IMG/VR virus record: IMGVR_UViG_3300017589_000110
Coordinates: 1 to 41,295 of that record
Length of the DNA stretch: 41,295 bases
Reading direction: 5' to 3' (one strand)
Source of the DNA: a virus
Taxonomy: Duplodnaviria; Caudoviricetes
Positions 36,533 through 41,295 of this stretch are shown piece after piece. The notes under the pieces were generated by a model that saw nothing but the letters and a program-made list of their open reading frames with translations, was not told the origin of the DNA and ran no database searches. Made by a program: the position numbers and the translations under genes. Position 1 is the first letter of the stretch. Every line of letters starts with the position of its first letter.

Positions 36533-36639
36533 AACACACTTTAATTTTGTATAAAATTAGTTGGTATGCCATGGAACACGGATATTGATACTTCAACGAA
36601 AATGGTACAAATCGAAACAGAATAAAACAATTAACCAGT

Positions 36640-36678
36640 ACGGTGGATACAGGGGTTCGATTCCCCTATGGGTTACCA
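36640..36678 (+). other. attR core: 3' half of tRNA-Glu (not a complete tRNA)
   Basis: ACGGTGG-ATAC-AGGGG-TTCGATT-CCCCT-ATGGGTT-ACCA gives the 3' anticodon stem, T-arm, acceptor strand and CCA, typical of Bacillota tRNA-Glu(TTC); no D-arm or 5' half upstream. Confidence 0.9.
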
Positions 36679-36687
36679 AAATTAATT

Positions 36688-36728
36688 AGACGGTTTTTTG
36701 TTTGTAAACAAACAAAAAACCGTCTTTT
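36688..36728 (+). terminator. Perfect 17-bp inverted repeat downstream of the tRNA end
   Basis: AGACGGTTTTTTGTTTG-TAAA-CAAACAAAAAACCGTCT-TTT. Confidence 0.75.
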
Positions 36729-36758
36729 ATATTTAATAAAAAATGGAGGATAAATAAA

Positions 36759-38408
36759 ATGGAATATAAAAAATTAGCAGATGTATTATTTCCCAATATA
36801 ACAAAATCAATATCTTATTATGAAGAAACTTTATTTCCAAAAAGAAATTTAAAAGAAGGGGCCAAAGTAACTAGATTGGCGCCAAGCCCTACAGGATTCA
36901 TACATCTTGGAAATTTATATGGAGCATTTGTAGATGAACGTTTAGCGCATCAAAGTGAAGGCATATTTATGCTTCGTATAGAAGATACCGACGAAAAGCG
37001 TAAAGTAGATGGAGCTGTTGAAACAATTATATCATCGCTTAAGTATTTTGGCTTGCAGTTTGATGAAGGAGTAGGTATTGATTGCGAAACAGGAAACTAT
37101 GGACCTTACTTTCAAAGCAATCGTGAAGAAGTTTATCAATGTGCTGTAAAATATTTAATTGAGAATGGAAGAGCATATCCATGTTTTTGCACAGAAGAAG
37201 AATTAGAAAAAGTAAGAAATAAGCAAGAAACCTTAAAGATTAATACTGGATATTATGGTGAATGGGCAAAAGATAGAAACATGACATTAGCAGAAGTAGA
37301 AGAACATCTAAGTAATAATGAGAAGTTTGTAATTAGATTTAAATCAGAAGGAAGCGAAGAAGGAACTTTTGAAATTGATGATGCAATAAGAGGGAAACTT
37401 ACAATTCATGAAAATTATCAGGATGTAGTTATTTTGAAAACAAATGGAATACCTACATATCATTTTGCACATGTAGTTGATGATCATTTAATGAGAGTAA
37501 CCCATGTAGTTAGAGGAGAGGAATGGCTATCAACACTTCCTATACATTATGAAATATTTAAAACATTAGGTTGGGATATTCCAATATACTGTCACACAGC
37601 TCATTTAATGAAAATGGATAATGGTTCAAAAAGAAAATTATCAAAGAGAAAAGATCCTGAACTTGGACTTGGTTATTATATGGATTTAGGTTATCACCCT
37701 TTAGCAGTTAGAGAGTATTTATTAACAATTTTGAACTCGAACTTTGAAGAGTGGAGAATTGAGAATCCAAATAATTCAACAGATGATTTTTTATTTACCT
37801 TGGAAAAAATGAGTAATTCAGGAGCATTGTTTGACTTGGATAAATTAAATAATATAAGTAAAGATGTTTTAGTAAAAATTTCAGTTGAAGAAATATATGA
37901 TTTCCTATTTAAATGGGCAGAGGTACATAAAACAGAAATAGTAAATGTATTAAAGAATAACAAGGAATCTGTATTAAAACTTTTGTCTGTTGGTAGAACT
38001 GTGGATAAACCTCGAAAAGATTTAATGTATTGCGAACAAATTTTTGAATTTATAAACTATTTCTTTGATGAATATTTTGAAATAGTAGATAAATATCCTG
38101 AAAATATAAATGACGAAGAAGCAAAAAAATTGATTCAAGCATATTTAAGTACATATAACCACAGTGATGACCAAAGCCAATGGTTTGATAAAATAAGAGC
38201 AATATCAGAAGAAAATGGATATGCTGCAAAACCAAAAGACTACAAGAAAAACCCTGATAAATATAAAGGTCATGTAGGTGATGTAAGTTCAGTAATTAGA
38301 ATAGCAGTTGTAGGACGTTCAACATCACCTGATGTTTGGGAAATTCAGCAAATAATGGGTGAAAGTAAAGTTCGGGAAAGGTTAGAAAAACAATTCAAAA
38401 CCTGCTAA
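36759..38408 (+). CDS. gltX: Glutamate--tRNA ligase
   Basis: RLAPSPTGFIHLGN (HIGH), LRIEDTD, CFC zinc site, THVVRGEEW, KLSKR (KMSKS). Confidence 0.96.
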   Translation: MEYKKLADVLFPNITKSISYYEETLFPKRNLKEGAKVTRLAPSPTGFIHLGNLYGAFVDERLAHQSEGIFMLRIEDTDEKRKVDGAVETIISSLKYFGLQFDEGVGIDCETGNYGPYFQSNREEVYQCAVKYLIENGRAYPCFCTEEELEKVRNKQETLKINTGYYGEWAKDRNMTLAEVEEHLSNNEKFVIRFKSEGSEEGTFEIDDAIRGKLTIHENYQDVVILKTNGIPTYHFAHVVDDHLMRVTHVVRGEEWLSTLPIHYEIFKTLGWDIPIYCHTAHLMKMDNGSKRKLSKRKDPELGLGYYMDLGYHPLAVREYLLTILNSNFEEWRIENPNNSTDDFLFTLEKMSNSGALFDLDKLNNISKDVLVKISVEEIYDFLFKWAEVHKTEIVNVLKNNKESVLKLLSVGRTVDKPRKDLMYCEQIFEFINYFFDEYFEIVDKYPENINDEEAKKLIQAYLSTYNHSDDQSQWFDKIRAISEENGYAAKPKDYKKNPDKYKGHVGDVSSVIRIAVVGRSTSPDVWEIQQIMGESKVRERLEKQFKTC

Positions 38409-38477
38409 AAAAAAATCTAGGACTTTTACAGTAGATACTAAAATTCCCCCTCTAAGTTATATAATTGTTTCAGTTTT

Positions 38478-38507
38478 GAGCTAGGTTATATCTAGCTTAT
38501 TTTTTTT
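38478..38507 (+). terminator. gltX terminator
   Basis: GAGCTAGG-TTATA-TCTAGCTT-ATTTTTTTT. Confidence 0.65.
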
Positions 38508-38560
38508 GTGAGGCATGTTGGCGAAAAGATGGTTTGAAAGAAAACCCAAATTTGGGTTTT

Positions 38561-38689
38561 CTACTTTTCGTTTGCATCTACATCTTTCTTGCGTTCTGTT
38601 ACTTCATAATTGTCAGGAATATAAACATTGCCTGGATTTTGTTTTTTTGTTTTATTGTATTTAATTTTATTTAATAAGTTTTTAAACAT
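38561..38689 (-). CDS. Small host hypothetical protein (42 aa, MFKNLLNKIKYNKTKKQNPGNVYIPDNYEV...)
   Basis: GGAAGGTGA RBS; stop merges with the hairpin AGAAAACCCA/TGGGTTTTCT (38539-38562); not in ORF track. Confidence 0.55.
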   Translation of the reverse strand: MFKNLLNKIKYNKTKKQNPGNVYIPDNYEVTERKKDVDANEK

Positions 38690-38865
38690 AAAATCACCTT
38701 CCTTTTTAGTAGTTTTCCATTCTACTATAATAATATTACATAAAAAAATAATTTAATATAAGACTTAAAAATTAAATTATTCAATAATTATTAACTTAAA
38801 ATTAATTTTTGAATAATATAGGGTATGTTATTGAAGTGTTTTTTATGTCTATAGGAGGTAAAACT

Positions 38866-39618
38866 ATGGAGTATGTTTGTGAGCTAAAAAATATCTCTAA
38901 AAGATTTCATACTATAAACAATGAAACAAAAGCTATTGATGATATTTCTTTCAAAGTAGAAAAAGGAGAAATCGTTTCGATTGTAGGTCCTTCAGGCTGT
39001 GGAAAGTCTACGGTTTTATCATTATTAGCAGGGTTAGAGAAACCATCAGGAGGGGAAGTTATTGTTAATACAAAGAACATTGGTTTTATGTTTCAAAAAG
39101 ACCAGCTATACGAATGGAGAAATATTTTCAAGAACTGCATTCTTGGTTTAGAGATTCAACATAAAGATACAGAAGAAAACATAAGTAAGGTAATAGAAAT
39201 GCTAAAAAATTATGGATTATATAATTTTAGAAACTATTACCCTAGACAACTTTCTGGTGGAATGAGACAAAAGGCTGCTTTAGCAAGAACATTAGCAATA
39301 GAACCCCATTTGCTATTATTAGATGAACCTTTTTCAGCATTAGACTATCAAACCAGATTATCAGTAGGAAATGAGGTCGGAGAAATTCTGAGAAAAGAAA
39401 AAATAACTACTATTCTAGTGACTCATGATGTTCCCGAGGCTGTAAGTATTTCTGACAGAGTAATTGTATTTACTGAACGGCCAGCAAAAATTAAAAAGGA
39501 ATACAATATAACATTTGATTTCAAAGATGAAAGAACTCCTATGAAGTGTAGAAATACTGCAGAATTTGGAGAATATTTCAGGGAGATATGGAGGGATTTA
39601 GATGTGTTTGGAAAATAG
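38866..39618 (+). CDS. ABC transporter ATP-binding protein, NitT/TauT family
   Basis: AGGAGG RBS supports ATG 38866; GPSGCGKS, LSGGMRQ, LLLDEPFSALD, VTHD. Confidence 0.92.
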   Translation: MEYVCELKNISKRFHTINNETKAIDDISFKVEKGEIVSIVGPSGCGKSTVLSLLAGLEKPSGGEVIVNTKNIGFMFQKDQLYEWRNIFKNCILGLEIQHKDTEENISKVIEMLKNYGLYNFRNYYPRQLSGGMRQKAALARTLAIEPHLLLLDEPFSALDYQTRLSVGNEVGEILRKEKITTILVTHDVPEAVSISDRVIVFTERPAKIKKEYNITFDFKDERTPMKCRNTAEFGEYFREIWRDLDVFGK

Positions 39619-40453
39619 CAAAACATTTAAAATGCGTAAAAAAAAGATGAGCTTAGAAAATGAGAACATATCAAAGGAGCACAAGGAATACTTGCAATCT
39701 ATAAAGAAAGAAGAAAAATTTATAAAAACAGCACAAATATTATTTTTGATAATATTTTTTTCATTATGGCAGTATGCTGCAAATAAAGGAATGATTGACA
39801 CATTTTTAACTAGTAGTCCAGGTGCAATTTGGAATCTTACGATGAAATTTATTATAGATGGAAGTTTGTTCAATCATTTATATGTTTCAACTATGGAAAC
39901 TATAGCGGGTTTTTTTCTAGGAACATCAATTGGTATATTGGTTGCTATGATACTATGGTGGTCTGAAAAAGTTGCTAAAATTTTTGAGCCATATTTGGTA
40001 ATATTAAACAGTTTACCAAAGACAGCATTAGCTCCCATAATGATACTATGGGCAGGTACGGGGTTTTCTGGCATAGTAGTCACAGCCGCGTCGATATCTG
40101 TAGTTGTAACTACTATGACTATGTACACAGGGTTTATGAGTGTTGAAAATGATAAAATAGTATTGCTTAAGACATTTGGAGCTAAAAAGTATCAAATATT
40201 AAAATCAGTTATTATTCCTGCAAATCTTCCTCTTATTGTGAGTGTAATTAAGGTTAATATAGGTTTATCGTGGATAGGAGTTATTGTTGGAGAATTTCTC
40301 GTATCAAAAGCAGGGATCGGATATCTAATAGTTTATGGCAGCCAAGTTTTTAAACTTGATTTGGTTATGATGGGTGTCTTTGTATTGGCAGTTGTTGCAG
40401 CATTGATGTATTTTTTTGCCGCTTGGATAGAGAAAAAAATAATTAAATATTGA
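39602..40453 (+). CDS. ABC transporter permease, NitT/TauT family
   Basis: Multiple TM helices, LNSLPKTALAP, FGA...I...V.IP loop, GEF...GIG. Confidence 0.9.
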   Translation: MCLENSKTFKMRKKKMSLENENISKEHKEYLQSIKKEEKFIKTAQILFLIIFFSLWQYAANKGMIDTFLTSSPGAIWNLTMKFIIDGSLFNHLYVSTMETIAGFFLGTSIGILVAMILWWSEKVAKIFEPYLVILNSLPKTALAPIMILWAGTGFSGIVVTAASISVVVTTMTMYTGFMSVENDKIVLLKTFGAKKYQILKSVIIPANLPLIVSVIKVNIGLSWIGVIVGEFLVSKAGIGYLIVYGSQVFKLDLVMMGVFVLAVVAALMYFFAAWIEKKIIKY

Positions 40454-40516
40454 TAGTGAACTGAGGGAGACTTATGCCTCCCTTTTAAGTTTAAATATCT
40501 TATTAGATATTATTTA

Positions 40517-40545
40517 TTGAACAATCATTCTGCGCATTGTATAAT
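40517..40545 (+). promoter_or_regulatory. SigA-like promoter
   Basis: TTGAAC-17-TATAAT. Confidence 0.55.
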
Positions 40546-40584
40546 TGAATTGATAAATATTAAAAATCATTAGGAGACAAACAA

Positions 40585-41118
40585 ATGGATGCTTATAAGC
40601 TTAAGAATGGTAATCAAGTTGTTTTAAGAGAAGTTGAAATAAAAGATGCACAAAATTTAATTAATTTTTATAATACAGTTGGTGGAGAAACAGATTACCT
40701 TTCTTTTGGTAAAGATGAATTTGCGGTAACTGTTGATTTTGAAGAAAAGTACATAGAAAATATAAAAAATGAAGTGAATTCAAATTTGATTTTAGCTATT
40801 GTTGATGAAAAGATAGTGGGCGCTGCATCAATAAATTCAAGTCAAAAACGTAGACTTAGACATGTAGGAACATTGGGTATAGTTGTTAAGAAAGAATTTT
40901 GTAATACAGGACTCGGAAGTATTCTTATAAATTATCTTATAAAGTGGTCAAAATCAAACGGTATAACTAAAAAAATTTCACTTGTTACTCGAGGGGATAA
41001 CTATTTAGCAATTGAATTATATAAAAAAATGGGATTTGCAATAGAAGGTATATTAAAAAATGATAATTATGAAAACGGAGAATACCATGATAGTTTAACT
41101 ATGGGATTGATTTTGTAA
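40585..41118 (+). CDS. GNAT N-acetyltransferase (RimJ/RimL-like)
   Basis: GIVV...NTGLGS.L acetyl-CoA motif, N..AI.LY.K.GF..EG. Confidence 0.9.
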   Translation: MDAYKLKNGNQVVLREVEIKDAQNLINFYNTVGGETDYLSFGKDEFAVTVDFEEKYIENIKNEVNSNLILAIVDEKIVGAASINSSQKRRLRHVGTLGIVVKKEFCNTGLGSILINYLIKWSKSNGITKKISLVTRGDNYLAIELYKKMGFAIEGILKNDNYENGEYHDSLTMGLIL

Positions 41119-41164
41119 CAAAAAATACAATTAGTGAAATGGAAAAAGATAATACATCTATTTT

Positions 41165-41206
41165 AAATTCAATCGCACAATTTACTTTGTGCGGTTGAAT
41201 TTTTTT
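41165..41206 (+). terminator. Intrinsic terminator
   Basis: AAATTCAATCGCACAA...TTGTGCGGTTGAATTTTTTT. Confidence 0.75.
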
Positions 41207-41295
41207 AATAAAATATACTATGAGATAGTAAAACATTATTTTTGAAAATTCTTGAATTTTAAATATAAATATGGTACAATTTTTTTACAATAAAT

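Larger units (their letters stand above)
1..36678 (+). mobile_element. Temperate siphovirus-like prophage (left end outside window), integrated in tRNA-Glu
   Basis: Colinear replication, packaging, head, tail and lysis modules ending at a tRNA 3'-half (attR), followed by housekeeping gltX. Confidence 0.96.

Noticed and set aside
36600-36678. Complete tRNA gene or T-box leader for gltX
   Set aside because: The 5' acceptor strand, D-arm and anticodon are missing, and no T-box consensus (GGTGGNACCGCG) is present; better explained as attR
38866-40453. ABC operon lacking a substrate-binding protein gene
   Set aside because: Unlinked binding-protein genes are common for NitT/TauT systems; nothing here indicates a defect

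Overview
About 36.7 kb of this window (1..36678) is the central and right part of a temperate siphovirus-type prophage in a low-GC Bacillota (Clostridia/Tissierellia-like) host, and nearly all of it is on the + strand. The order is: recombination/replication module (SMC-like ATPase, Sak4-like AAA_24, DUF669 SSB, SF2 helicase, PriCT-2/AAA_25 primase, repeat-rich origin, RusA), a DUF1492/ArpU-like late regulator, a stack of AT-rich morons, TerS/TerL, an A118-like head and tail module, holin and amidase, a second moron stack, and attR, which is the 3' half of a tRNA-Glu. Host genes follow: gltX, a NitT/TauT ABC ATPase and permease, and a GNAT. The integrase, repressor and attL are outside the window. 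The most interesting signals are (i) two moron stacks built from promoter-ORF-terminator cassettes whose boundaries are reiterated sequence motifs, carrying a RexAB/DUF4747-like soluble + 4TM pair and a HEPN protein (candidate anti-phage systems); (ii) a minor-capsid (MuF-type) protein with an uncharacterised HWYE toxin-like tip and a coupled immunity-like gene; (iii) a non-coding block next to attR with duplicated promoter-like units and hairpins (candidate tandem sRNAs), plus an outward promoter that may drive the essential gltX; and (iv) several intrinsic terminators inside the late operon, implying an unrecognised antitermination mechanism. All family calls come from motif recognition and gene context, not from database searches.
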